A stretch of 64,000 nt of DNA, from IMG/VR virus record IMGVR_UViG_3300032323_001407, positions 1,533 through 65,532 of that record; one strand, 5' to 3'. Each line of letters starts with the position of its first letter. Within the stretch, counting starts at the first letter, position 1. Under the pieces are notes generated by a model that saw only the letters and a program-made list of their open reading frames with translations, did not search any database and was not told where the DNA came from. The DNA comes from a virus (lineage: Duplodnaviria > Caudoviricetes). A program made the translations under genes and the position numbers. Positions 26,833 to 37,400 of this stretch are shown here, piece after piece.

Positions 26833-29301
26833 TTAAATTCTTGAAAGCCATATGTCTCCAGGGTTAAACGTCACACTTGTTCCGCCAACATCTCTAGACA
26901 AAGCCCCGTTGGGCAGGTTTGCTCCTCCATAATGGAATGCTCTACCAGTTGTTAAGTATCCATCTTTATCTTGAACAACGGTTGTGTCTCCACCATATCC
27001 GTCATTGTTAGATGAAATACTAAGTCTAATTTTAAATTGGCTATATGGTAAACCGCTTGGATTTATTGAAACAGAGTTAGATGCCCTATCATAAACTAAA
27101 GAACCATTTCCTAATGCAAAACTTCCTGCTGTTTTTGTTGTTCCAGATATGGTTGTGTCCTTACCAAGCAAGTAGTCATTTGAAAAATTAACTCCTGTAC
27201 CTAAAAATATATTAGAGGCTACAAGATCTGTTTGCACATTAAATACTGTTCCATCATATGTTAGCTTTCCGCCTGCTAATCTAAAATTTCCACTAGAAGA
27301 TATATAGTCTATGTTTCCTGGGTTTCCACTTCCAGCTCCTGGATTAGCAGTGTTCCATACGGAAGGACTTGTAAAATAATGATTTGATCCTACTATGTTA
27401 CCACCAATTATTGAACCCTGAAGACCATTCAGTCTTATTTCAGAAGATACGTTTGTAGACTTTATGTCTGCTCCGTCAACTTTCCATCCCTGATCAAGCT
27501 TGTATCCAGTTGCTGTTGTTGCGTCAGGTATTAATGTTCCAAAATATGCTTCTCCAGTCTGTACCATTCCCTTAAGCACTGCATCTCTAGCTACAAGTTT
27601 ACCTGCGTATGTTACGGAAAAATTAGGACTTACCGTTCTAGATCCACCAGCCCATATGGCTACATCTCCTGGTGTAGTTGTAGCAAAAAATCCAATATTG
27701 CCAGCTTTGTTTATAGATGTATCATCTATTGTCCAACCAGCAATTGTTCCTTTGTTAGCAATAATTCCAGATTCAGTGTCTAGCTGGAAAAGCTTACCAG
27801 ATGAGTTGGTTCCTTGGATTCCAATACCAATCTTTTCTCCAGAAATATTTGTTAGCTTTCCTATTTCAAATTTTCCAGATGATGTTGTTACTCTAAGTTG
27901 TCCATCTACAGATGATGTTCCTATGTCTACAGAACCAGTAAATGCTCCAGCATTGGCATTTATTTTTCCAGTTATTTCTAAATTAGTTCCGTTCCAAAGT
28001 AACCAGTCGTTTGTTCCTCCAACTTTAAATCTTGCAGCAGATGAAACGCTAGTGTTTCCAGTTACATACCAATAATTTTCTGGAGCGATGTATAAACCTT
28101 TATTTGAGTTGCTTCCACCAATTCCATATCCAAGCTTCATATCTCCAGCAGAAATTGCTACATCTGTTTTTAATGATGTGTTTGCTGGGATAACTATATC
28201 TGGATACTGCTTATACTCAGAGTTATCATTTCCATAAACATCGTATGTTGTTACAGCGATCTGATAAGTTTGTCCAGCTTTTAATCCATATAGATATGTA
28301 GATAGAGTTCCTCTTCCTGGAACAGACATATATGTATAATTAGCATCAGAAGCAGTCTTGTATCTTATTCTATATCCAGAAGTTGAAGTATCTGTGTTTT
28401 GTGTCCATGTAAAAAGAATCTTTTTATCAAAATTAAATAGACCATTTGAATCTTCTTCAACAGTAGTAGATCCTAAATCAAAGTTATTTTCTGGTGGTAA
28501 ATCGTCAAAGACTATTGGGTCGTATGCTTTTCCTTCTTTTATATCTGAATTTAAAGACTCACAGTCTGAATAAGAAAGATGATTTAGTTTAACATAAACT
28601 GTTGCTAGGGTATCTAGTGTTATTGAAGCTGGACCAATTCCAGTGTATCTAAGCTCCCAGTTATAAGGACTTTGTGTTTCTGATACGTAAACTCTTGTTT
28701 CCCTGTATGTACCATAAGCTGTTCCGCTATCTTGCCATGATACAAGTATTCCGTTGTTCTGGCTAATAACATTCCAAGATGCTGCTGATATTGTATGCGT
28801 ACAAACCTGATCAACAAAAGGCTCTACAGTTACTGGGCACTGATCTGAGCTTCCATCTCCATAGATACTCTGTATTGAAAATGATGTAAATGAAGTTCTA
28901 AAAACTCCACCGAACTGGAATATGTTATTTTCTCTTGTTAACACCCATGAGTAGTTTAGAGAAGTACCAGTTGCTGGTATAAGGTATGATCTTGTGTACC
29001 CACCTGCTTGAAGATTAACCACATAGTTTCTTACACGCTGATCATTTTTTGTCCATGCGACATTAAGACCAGCCTTGGCATCCCAAGTTGCGGTAACATT
29101 TGATGGACATATGCGTGATGGAGCTGGTGTTTTAAAATTAAATCTATCAGAAAATTCGCTTGTTCCTAAAGCTTTGTCGCTATATATCCAAGCAACCTGC
29201 AATGCATAATCTGTATTACAATCTAGATCTGGTATTACAACATCCCAGTAGTCTCCATCTTGACTCTGAGTTATTCCTAGATCTGGATATTGTTCTGACA
29301 C
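26833..29301 (-). CDS. Minor tail protein with FN3-like domains
   Basis: GYRIRYK...GLKAGQTYQIAVTTYD FN3; Gly-rich beta segments GTIAGWTI; C-terminal GDIW. Confidence 0.75.
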   Translation of the reverse strand: MSEQYPDLGITQSQDGDYWDVVIPDLDCNTDYALQVAWIYSDKALGTSEFSDRFNFKTPAPSRICPSNVTATWDAKAGLNVAWTKNDQRVRNYVVNLQAGGYTRSYLIPATGTSLNYSWVLTRENNIFQFGGVFRTSFTSFSIQSIYGDGSSDQCPVTVEPFVDQVCTHTISAASWNVISQNNGILVSWQDSGTAYGTYRETRVYVSETQSPYNWELRYTGIGPASITLDTLATVYVKLNHLSYSDCESLNSDIKEGKAYDPIVFDDLPPENNFDLGSTTVEEDSNGLFNFDKKILFTWTQNTDTSTSGYRIRYKTASDANYTYMSVPGRGTLSTYLYGLKAGQTYQIAVTTYDVYGNDNSEYKQYPDIVIPANTSLKTDVAISAGDMKLGYGIGGSNSNKGLYIAPENYWYVTGNTSVSSAARFKVGGTNDWLLWNGTNLEITGKINANAGAFTGSVDIGTSSVDGQLRVTTSSGKFEIGKLTNISGEKIGIGIQGTNSSGKLFQLDTESGIIANKGTIAGWTIDDTSINKAGNIGFFATTTPGDVAIWAGGSRTVSPNFSVTYAGKLVARDAVLKGMVQTGEAYFGTLIPDATTATGYKLDQGWKVDGADIKSTNVSSEIRLNGLQGSIIGGNIVGSNHYFTSPSVWNTANPGAGSGNPGNIDYISSSGNFRLAGGKLTYDGTVFNVQTDLVASNIFLGTGVNFSNDYLLGKDTTISGTTKTAGSFALGNGSLVYDRASNSVSINPSGLPYSQFKIRLSISSNNDGYGGDTTVVQDKDGYLTTGRAFHYGGANLPNGALSRDVGGTSVTFNPGDIWLSRI

Positions 29302-29302
29302 A

Positions 29303-30163
29303 CTAAACTCCGAACGACAAGTCTAGTTTAAATTCTATTGCTGCTTCTCTTCCAATTACTTTAATCAATGTTGAGTCTAATATAGACCTAGCAATAAGAC
29401 CATACTCTGGATCAAATGTATCTTCGTCATTTATTCTAAGACCATCCATAGATACAGATGTTTGAGCAGTTGTTGGAGTAACAATAATTCCTAACTTAAC
29501 AACACTTTGTGGATTAAATGTTCCTGTTGATACCCCAGAAGACATGTTTAAATTCTTTATATTGTTTCCAACTGAATGTCCAGTAAATGTAAATTCTAAG
29601 TAATCGGTATCTGAGCTATATAACCTTACCTTCAATGAGGATAGATTTGCATCATTTGCTTTGTATGAAAGTGATAATGTATCTAATGGGTTGTATCCAG
29701 ATATATCCATACTATCAAGTAAGTATGTGTACTCTTTTGGAGCCGCCGCATTTGATGTAAATGTTAGCGAGCTATCTCCAACTCTAGAGTTTGTTTGATC
29801 TAGCTCTGGCTCTGGACTCCATTGATATGGCAATTCAAAGTTAGATATAAATTTGCTTTCGTATAAATTTCTTGAATAAGACTGGCCAGAGTAGATTCCA
29901 ATTTCATTAATCTTACCTGCAATGTTTGTAGGAAGTGTAGCTGAATATATTACTGTATATTTTACTGGTGATACAGAAGAGTCTATATCAATTCCGCCAA
30001 CCCTAATTGGAACACGATAAAACTCAAAACCAAGTCTTGAGTTTGTATCCGATAAAGCATATTCAGTTCCTGTTGCAATTCCAATAGCCATTTCTTTTGA
30101 AGAAAATGATGAGTTGCCAGCTACAAAATTAGTAAGAAATCTTTTACCAAATTTAGTTATCAT
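29303..30163 (-). CDS. Minor tail / baseplate protein
   Basis: MITKFG...INEIGIY pattern; position in the tail module. Confidence 0.65.
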   Translation of the reverse strand: MITKFGKRFLTNFVAGNSSFSSKEMAIGIATGTEYALSDTNSRLGFEFYRVPIRVGGIDIDSSVSPVKYTVIYSATLPTNIAGKINEIGIYSGQSYSRNLYESKFISNFELPYQWSPEPELDQTNSRVGDSSLTFTSNAAAPKEYTYLLDSMDISGYNPLDTLSLSYKANDANLSSLKVRLYSSDTDYLEFTFTGHSVGNNIKNLNMSSGVSTGTFNPQSVVKLGIIVTPTTAQTSVSMDGLRINDEDTFDPEYGLIARSILDSTLIKVIGREAAIEFKLDLSFGV

Positions 30164-30507
30164 GATCTTCCTCCCTGGTTATCTGATATTGTTATTGCGT
30201 ACAAGAAACCGTCTATCTGCTCTTCGCTTGAATTATAAATTCTAAACTTAGCTCTTGCTCTTTGCATTCCAGACGCATCTTCATACAGCTCAAATCCTTT
30301 TAAAACTATGTCTGAAAGCTGAGGCCTTTTACCGCCTTTGGGATCTTCGTCTCCATCTTCGTCCCCAGAAGATCCTGCAGAACTGTTTGATCCAAATGGA
30401 AATGACTGAGTAATAGATTTAGTTTCCCCAGACTTGCCCTTCCACACTTCGGCTAAACGAGGGTCATCATCAAAAATGACTGGTATTTTTCCTACTTCAA
30501 TTCCCAT
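30160..30507 (-). CDS. Hypothetical tail-region protein
   Basis: 115-aa ORF with its own -10 element. Confidence 0.6.
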   Translation of the reverse strand: MGIEVGKIPVIFDDDPRLAEVWKGKSGETKSITQSFPFGSNSSAGSSGDEDGDEDPKGGKRPQLSDIVLKGFELYEDASGMQRARAKFRIYNSSEEQIDGFLYAITISDNQGGRS

Positions 30508-30530
30508 TTATTTATTATACCATTACGCCA

Positions 30531-33500
30531 TTAGATTGCTCTACATGAAAGCGTAGTGGTTACCCCCTCACTATATTGTAAAGAGCATTTAACAACTAAA
30601 TACTTAGTATCTGTTTCAGACATTCCTAAAACTGGGTATTTAATACTTACAATATCTCCAGCAGAAATTAAAGGGTTTCCAAAAACCTCTATGTCTACAA
30701 ACCTTCCCTTATTTAATACGCTTGACTTTATCCAATCTGCTAAGGTCTTTGCGTCCTCTTCAGACTGAATCCAAGAAGATTCAAAAACAACAAATTCTTT
30801 ATTTGAGGAGTCCTCTGACTGATCTGTATCGTAGTCTATCGAGCCTGACCTTCTTATAGAGTTTCCCAAAACATAAAAACTTGTATTGTTGCTATCATCC
30901 AAAACCACAGTAGTTGAAGTGTTATTTAAAACGTAAGCTTCGGCACCGAAAGGCTGTAACCTTTGATCTAATACTTTAACATATTTATTTAATGCGGTTC
31001 TAAAAGTAATTGGTACGGCTGGTCTAGACCCATCATCATAAGACTCTTTTACTTTTCTTATTTCTCTAGCAGTAGTTCCAAATTCAAAAAGGGCACCTTT
31101 TTCGTCGGCAACGGTTTGTCCAGCATTGTAAATTAAATCTCCAAATAGCATAGAAAGAGTATCGTCTGCATAAACACCATTGTATTCATAACCCCTCGTT
31201 AACGATCTATTTTTGTATACATCTTCATCAATACTTTTAGCATACAGATATTCAAAGTAAGCAATTCCTTGACCACAGTGTAGTCCAACATTTTTTGTTA
31301 TTGAAACTGGAGGTATGGTTAAGTTAACAGAATCAGTTCCAGAGTCTACTGCTTCAATTTTAAATCCATTAATAAAAACAGTTATTGTGTTTTTTATAGA
31401 TTCTTTTTTTACAAGAACGTCTATGTTATATGAACTTCCAGCATAAATTCCAGCTAATGTTTTAGTAGATGTTTGCTGACTATCTTTTAAAACTGTAAGC
31501 TTCCCATTTTTTACTCTAACAATCATTATGTCTTTTTGAAGACCAGCGTATGCTGTAGTTCTTACTAAAAGATAATATCCATTCTCACCAGTTTGGTCTA
31601 AGCAAAAACCTATACCGCCTGCCTGCTCTGGAGAGTTGAGTTGGCTATCAAAAAACATTCTTGTTCCAAAACAGAAATGGGATTTTGATAAATCTATTGA
31701 ATTAAATTCTTTTACTGCAATATCAAAAGTTCTTTTATCAGTATCTAAATTAGATATTGCCATAAAGCTTTTAGATACTGTTTCGCTTGATTCGCTGGCT
31801 GGTGTACTAAGACTGCTCACCCCAGGTTTTAATTTTGCAATATCTGGAGTTGTAAGCTTTAGCTTTTTGTTTAAAGTAAATTTATTTGAATTAGACTCTC
31901 CTTCAGAGTTTAGGTAAGAGCTTAAAGTTTTTTTGTGAGGCATTCTAGAGGTATCGAAAGCTCCTCTAGTTTTTATATTATACTCTCCAGTAGGATAAAA
32001 ATTTTTATAACCTGGTTTAGCTAAAGCTGAATACTTCCATATGTCAGATTGATTTTTAATTAAAACTCTAATTGGAGGTTTATCACGTGGAGGAGTAAAT
32101 GTTATGTCTTTCTCGTTAGGTACATACTGGTACCAGGCTCCATCATACTCAATAACCTCTCCGTTTATTAAAACATAACCGTTAAACTGATCTAAAATTT
32201 TATCTACTCTTGCAGAATTTATTGTATTTTGATTAAGCTGAAACTTTGTACTGTCGTCATCAATATCTGTTGCAAGTGATCCAGCCCCAAGGAAGGAGGG
32301 TTCTGATTTCCAGAGAGGCGAAGATGATTCTGAGTTGGTAGAGGCAAATGCTGTTTTATATCTTACTCTAACGTTGTTAGCTGAAAACAGCTCTTGGGTA
32401 GACAATCTAATTATGTTAGGTGCATATTCTACATTAGATCCAGATTTGATCTCTTCATTTGTAAATATCCATGAGCTTGGCAAATCTTTGTCGTATATAA
32501 AATTTCTACTGTAAAAGTTTAATACATTGTATTCATCTACAAATGCGTTCATCTGGATGTCTCTACATAGTTCTTGCAAAACTTCCCAGACTGTTTGTTC
32601 ACCGTCCGACCACCAATAAATTAAAGATGGAATGGAGTCGTCATCAACCTCTCCATCTGTTTTTTTAATATTTATCTTATAATTAGAAAATCCAACTGAG
32701 TCTAAAACTCTTTTAATTACTGAAGTTACAGGTGAAGACTCTACTAAAAGCTGAGGGCACACAGTATCCTGAAGTATTTTTGCAGCATCTGTTGCATCTA
32801 TAGATGCTTCTCCAAACTCTGACAATGACCAGGAGGTTACATAAAAAACTCCTTGAGGTATCTTTTGCACTGAAGATCCGTCTCCAATATTTATGTATGG
32901 TTTTATAATTGCATTCTTAAACAAATATAGTTTTGAATTATCTATTGGGCCAGACCTATCATATTCAACTATCTGTCTAGATGTAGTATTATATTTTGTT
33001 ATTATAAGGCTAAGGTAGTTTGCCGTTATTATTCCAACTGGAACAATTGATGTACTGTCTGAAGTAGTTTCTTTATTTACTGTAAAAGAAACAATATCTG
33101 AATCTATTGGCATAACCCATCTTGGACTAAACTCAATTACTCCCAAAAACTTTCCTGTATTTGAATTAACTGCAGTCAAAGATATCTTCTTTAAATATTG
33201 CGTTGTTGTGTATGCAGTAGGTTCTGTTGTTGACCAAGTGGTGCCGTTGTAATATATTATTGCTTCCCCGCTTGAATTAATATTCGTGCCAGATGAGCTT
33301 ATTGTTGTTCCGTCTTGCTTAACTCCAGATATTGTCCAAGATGTAGGTGTATCATGACTTGTTTCAAACCTTGCAACAATTTTATTAGCAGGTATTACTT
33401 TTACTATAGACTTTGCTTCATCAGAAAAATATTCAAGCGATATATCTATATTAGTGTTTTTAGGCGCTAACCAATATTTATAAACCATATCTGGTCCAGG

Positions 33501-33815
33501 ATAATAAAGCCTTGGCCTTGTTCCAATATCTAAATCCCTTGGTCTTTCAAAAGAATCAACGGGGGTGTCTGTGTTATTATTTGTATGAACTAGATATTTA
33601 ATTCCTGGAGATAGTGGTCTAAATGGCTTGTAAATAGTATCTATTGGAAATAGCTTTTTAAAAGCAGGACCAAACGGGTTTGTTAAAGCAGATGATGTTG
33701 CTTTTATATATTCAACCATAGAGTTTAGATTGTATTCAATTGTAGCTCCAGCTGAAGTTGATAAAGAATATCCTTTTTTAATTAAATCTTTAGTTTCATT
33801 TGATACAGCTATCAT
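30531..33815 (-). CDS. Large minor tail (hub/tail-tip-like) protein
   Basis: 1094 aa, second gene after the tape measure; FGNPLISAGDIV C-terminal motif. Confidence 0.7.
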   Translation of the reverse strand: MIAVSNETKDLIKKGYSLSTSAGATIEYNLNSMVEYIKATSSALTNPFGPAFKKLFPIDTIYKPFRPLSPGIKYLVHTNNNTDTPVDSFERPRDLDIGTRPRLYYPGPDMVYKYWLAPKNTNIDISLEYFSDEAKSIVKVIPANKIVARFETSHDTPTSWTISGVKQDGTTISSSGTNINSSGEAIIYYNGTTWSTTEPTAYTTTQYLKKISLTAVNSNTGKFLGVIEFSPRWVMPIDSDIVSFTVNKETTSDSTSIVPVGIITANYLSLIITKYNTTSRQIVEYDRSGPIDNSKLYLFKNAIIKPYINIGDGSSVQKIPQGVFYVTSWSLSEFGEASIDATDAAKILQDTVCPQLLVESSPVTSVIKRVLDSVGFSNYKINIKKTDGEVDDDSIPSLIYWWSDGEQTVWEVLQELCRDIQMNAFVDEYNVLNFYSRNFIYDKDLPSSWIFTNEEIKSGSNVEYAPNIIRLSTQELFSANNVRVRYKTAFASTNSESSSPLWKSEPSFLGAGSLATDIDDDSTKFQLNQNTINSARVDKILDQFNGYVLINGEVIEYDGAWYQYVPNEKDITFTPPRDKPPIRVLIKNQSDIWKYSALAKPGYKNFYPTGEYNIKTRGAFDTSRMPHKKTLSSYLNSEGESNSNKFTLNKKLKLTTPDIAKLKPGVSSLSTPASESSETVSKSFMAISNLDTDKRTFDIAVKEFNSIDLSKSHFCFGTRMFFDSQLNSPEQAGGIGFCLDQTGENGYYLLVRTTAYAGLQKDIMIVRVKNGKLTVLKDSQQTSTKTLAGIYAGSSYNIDVLVKKESIKNTITVFINGFKIEAVDSGTDSVNLTIPPVSITKNVGLHCGQGIAYFEYLYAKSIDEDVYKNRSLTRGYEYNGVYADDTLSMLFGDLIYNAGQTVADEKGALFEFGTTAREIRKVKESYDDGSRPAVPITFRTALNKYVKVLDQRLQPFGAEAYVLNNTSTTVVLDDSNNTSFYVLGNSIRRSGSIDYDTDQSEDSSNKEFVVFESSWIQSEEDAKTLADWIKSSVLNKGRFVDIEVFGNPLISAGDIVSIKYPVLGMSETDTKYLVVKCSLQYSEGVTTTLSCRAI

Positions 33816-34402
33816 ACCTGCTCCAAAGATATGTTAACACTCCAAAATGTTTGTAGTCCTCTTTTAATAACTGAAAAACTGCAAGATGTAAACATTACTG
33901 TGTAAGTATAGTCATCTGATAAAGCTCCGTCAGACTGCTCAATTAAATCGGTACTAAAAACTGTTGGGTTTAATTTAATTCTAAAGGGTAGTTTACCAGC
34001 AGAACTTTCATAAAAGTTTTTCAAATCTTCTGCGCCCCAAGCACCGTCAACTGTTTCATTTCTAAAAGAAGGTAACATTTCCCATGAAATATTTATATTA
34101 ATCTTATCGGCCACAACATACTTTCTGAGTGTACCGTTTGACATTCTAGATGACTTCTCAATTCTATTTGTATCTATTGAAATTGGCTGTCTATTGTGCT
34201 CAGTAACTCTTCTAAATCTTAATTGATTTTTAGAGCTATAAGCCAAGTTGTTTCTAGTTGCTACAGATGATGTATATAAATTACCTGGGGCAACAACAGA
34301 AGCCCCCTTATAATCAAATGAGTTATTTGCTGTATCAATTGCAAATGGGTCTAATGCCTCTATGTATAAAATTGAGCCTTTACTTAAATTTTGAAAACTC
34401 AT
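33812..34402 (-). CDS. Distal-tail-like protein
   Basis: Directly after the tape measure; RMSNGTLRKY...ISWEMLPS. Confidence 0.65.
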   Translation of the reverse strand: MSFQNLSKGSILYIEALDPFAIDTANNSFDYKGASVVAPGNLYTSSVATRNNLAYSSKNQLRFRRVTEHNRQPISIDTNRIEKSSRMSNGTLRKYVVADKININISWEMLPSFRNETVDGAWGAEDLKNFYESSAGKLPFRIKLNPTVFSTDLIEQSDGALSDDYTYTVMFTSCSFSVIKRGLQTFWSVNISLEQV

Positions 34403-37400
34403 TATGACCCAACCTTTCTATTTACTCCAGCTGCCATTTCTTTTAATCTCATTTCATTACGTATTTCTAGTGCAACATCTTTTGCTGTCACGTTTGTTCC
34501 ATTTAATTCTACATTAATATTATATACTGATCCTGATGCTGCCGCCGTAGCATTTGGATTAAATGGATTCATGTTAGCTGGAATAACAGCTTCATTTTTA
34601 TGAAGCATTGCCAACATATTTGCAGGAACCATATTGATTCCGTTTTCAAACATTGGTAAACCTAGATTTTTTAATGAAGAATTTGAGAAGTTTTGGACAA
34701 GTCCACCAGCTGCCATCCCTGTAGGCATCCATCCTTGAGCAGCTACTTGTGCATACCTTATATGATCAGGTATATCGGTTTTTCCTGCTCTTATTGCATT
34801 TTCTAAAGCAATAATTCTTTGTAGCTCTGGTAAAGCTGCTGGCTCTATATATCCGCCTGGACCATATGGGAAGTTTTCTGATGTGCGCCCCATGGATTCA
34901 ATCCATCTTACAGTTTCTGGCCTAAGAGCATTTCTTAATTCATCATTATACCAAGTCAGTCTGTCTTGTTGCTGTCCAATTATGCTATTTGGATCATTAA
35001 ATTCGTCATAGGGGTAGCGAGGAGTTGGTGTTGCAGAGGATACGGCTTCAGTTTCATGATTATTTTCCCAAGATCCGATACCTTTCCTTGGCTCTCCAGT
35101 TGATGGCTTTGCTTTCTTAGACTTTTTAAGTTTCATTAGTGTATCTAGATAGCTCTTTATGCCAGTAATTGAAGTTGCACCATAGTAAGGATCATCTGCC
35201 ATAAACCCACCGATACGAAGAGCTGATGGCCTTCCCATGTCAGTTAAAGTAGGTGAATGTTTTATTCTAGTAATTGAAACTGCTTTATTGTATAAAGCTT
35301 CTGAAAGATGAAGCCATCTATATTCTGGATGTGTTCCACGATAGCTAATGTGTCCAGTAACTGGATCATAGTTTATCCAGGACATTTGTTTTTTAGTAAC
35401 AGGATCTAGAATCTCTACTTGGTGCATTCCACCTGCGCCAAAGCCTTCTGAAGTTACTCTTCCTTCTTTTAAACCTTCAATAAATTTGTCTATGTATTTT
35501 GCATCAGTAGGTAAAATATCTGCTTTCTCAAACCTAAAAATATAATCTTTTCCGTTTACCTTAATAGACTCTTCTATAATTTTTGGCAAATTCTTATTTT
35601 CTTCAATAAGATTAGCGGCAGTGGTATTTTTTAAATCTGGTAGTGAAGTAAAATTATTTCTCCTTGCTGCTCTTATTGCATCAGATAGCGCAAGTTCATA
35701 TCTTGCTTTTGCAAACTCTGGTGTGTCAACCTTATCTGCTTTTTTAAGAGCCACAAAATTACTTCTAAGTGTAGCGTTTGGAATAAGGCTAACTCTAGCT
35801 TCTGTTGGTAAATCTAGAGTTGCTTTATTTATTAAATTATATGCTGCAGAACGTGCACGAAGTGTATTAACTCCCTTTAGAGCACCCACTCCTGGAACAA
35901 AATTTAATCCTGCATTAGCCCAATCACCTTTAGTTGCGCTTCCCTTTGCAATTTCTCCGAAAGGATGAATCATAGCTTTCATCAAGCTAGAAACATCTGA
36001 TTCATAAGATGTTGGATTTAAAGCTTTTCCAATTCCATCTTTTCCAAATGTTGGAGTTTTACCTTGAAAGTAAACACCCAAAAGATCTGAAGCTAATGAT
36101 GTAAGTGGCGCAAGAATTCCAAATGGGGAACGAGTGAATACTTTACCAAATCCCTCTGAGTAGTTATTTATAGGATCATCTATTTTAGATTCATAATATG
36201 AAAGATTTTTGTTTTCTTTTGCTTTTTGTTTTTGGTTTTCAGCCTTAAGTGGAGTAAGCTGAAGTCTCATCTTCTCGGCTTCGGTTTGCTTTCTGCTTAA
36301 ACCAAACGATCTCATGCCTAGGTCATGAGGTGCACTTGAATGAGTGTGCCCTACTGGACCCCCAGCATGGAACATTAATGGGCCAAGTCCGTATGCTCCA
36401 TTACCAATGCCACCCATAGAAGCTCCAGAGCCTGCCAAACGTATAGGGTCTCTATCTATACCCATCCCTGGGCTTGCAAACGGCTTACGTGGCTGCTCAG
36501 CCATTTGATGCATGTAGTCTGAGTGCTGTGGAACATCTCCGCTAAAATTAAGTCCTGGTATTTCTGTTCCGCCCCATATGTCCATACCTGGGCTACGTGG
36601 TCCAATAAATCTTGAAAGCTCTCCCCAATATTGTCCAAAAGGATTTCCTATTGGTTTTCCAGATCTTGAATATGGAACCCCTGGCTTCTTTTGTCTTGGT
36701 ACTGTTATAGGCCCACTAATCCAATTTCCAGAATTAGTTAATGAGTTTACGACTTTTCCACCTTCTGCAAACTTCTTTATGCTTACCTTTGTACCTGCAA
36801 AAATTCTTGACCCACCCATATACTTTGGATCTTTTAGCTGAGGATTCATTTCCATTAATTGCTTAACAGTAATACCATACTTTGCAGCAATACTAGATAG
36901 TGTATCTCCTCTGTTTACTGTGTATCTTTCATTTTCATAATCTGATTTAGCATCATCTGCGCTGTAGTATTCTTGTGTGCCGTATCCATATTTAATGTTA
37001 TCTACTGGCTTATATGAAGGTCTTCCAAATCCTACAATTGGAGCATTCTTTAAATTGTATTGTCTTACTTTTCTAAGTACGGCTCCGCCGCTTCTTTGAC
37101 TTCCAGAGCCTGATGTGTTTCCTTCTATAGTTGAAACTGAACTCTTTCCTAAAACATTTCTTACAAGACCAACGTGAGAAATTCTGTTTACGCCGTCTCC
37201 TGGGAAATCCATAAAGGCTAAATCTCCACGACGTGGATTCATGGTTGTCCACTTGCCACTCTTCATAAATGATTGAGCTCCGCCAGGAGTCCAAATCATA
37301 CTTGACAGATCTACTCCAGATTTTTTTGCTGCCCAATTTATAAAGGCGCCACACCATGCAATAAATCTAGTTTTTAGATCGTAGGCTTTTTGTGCAAAGC

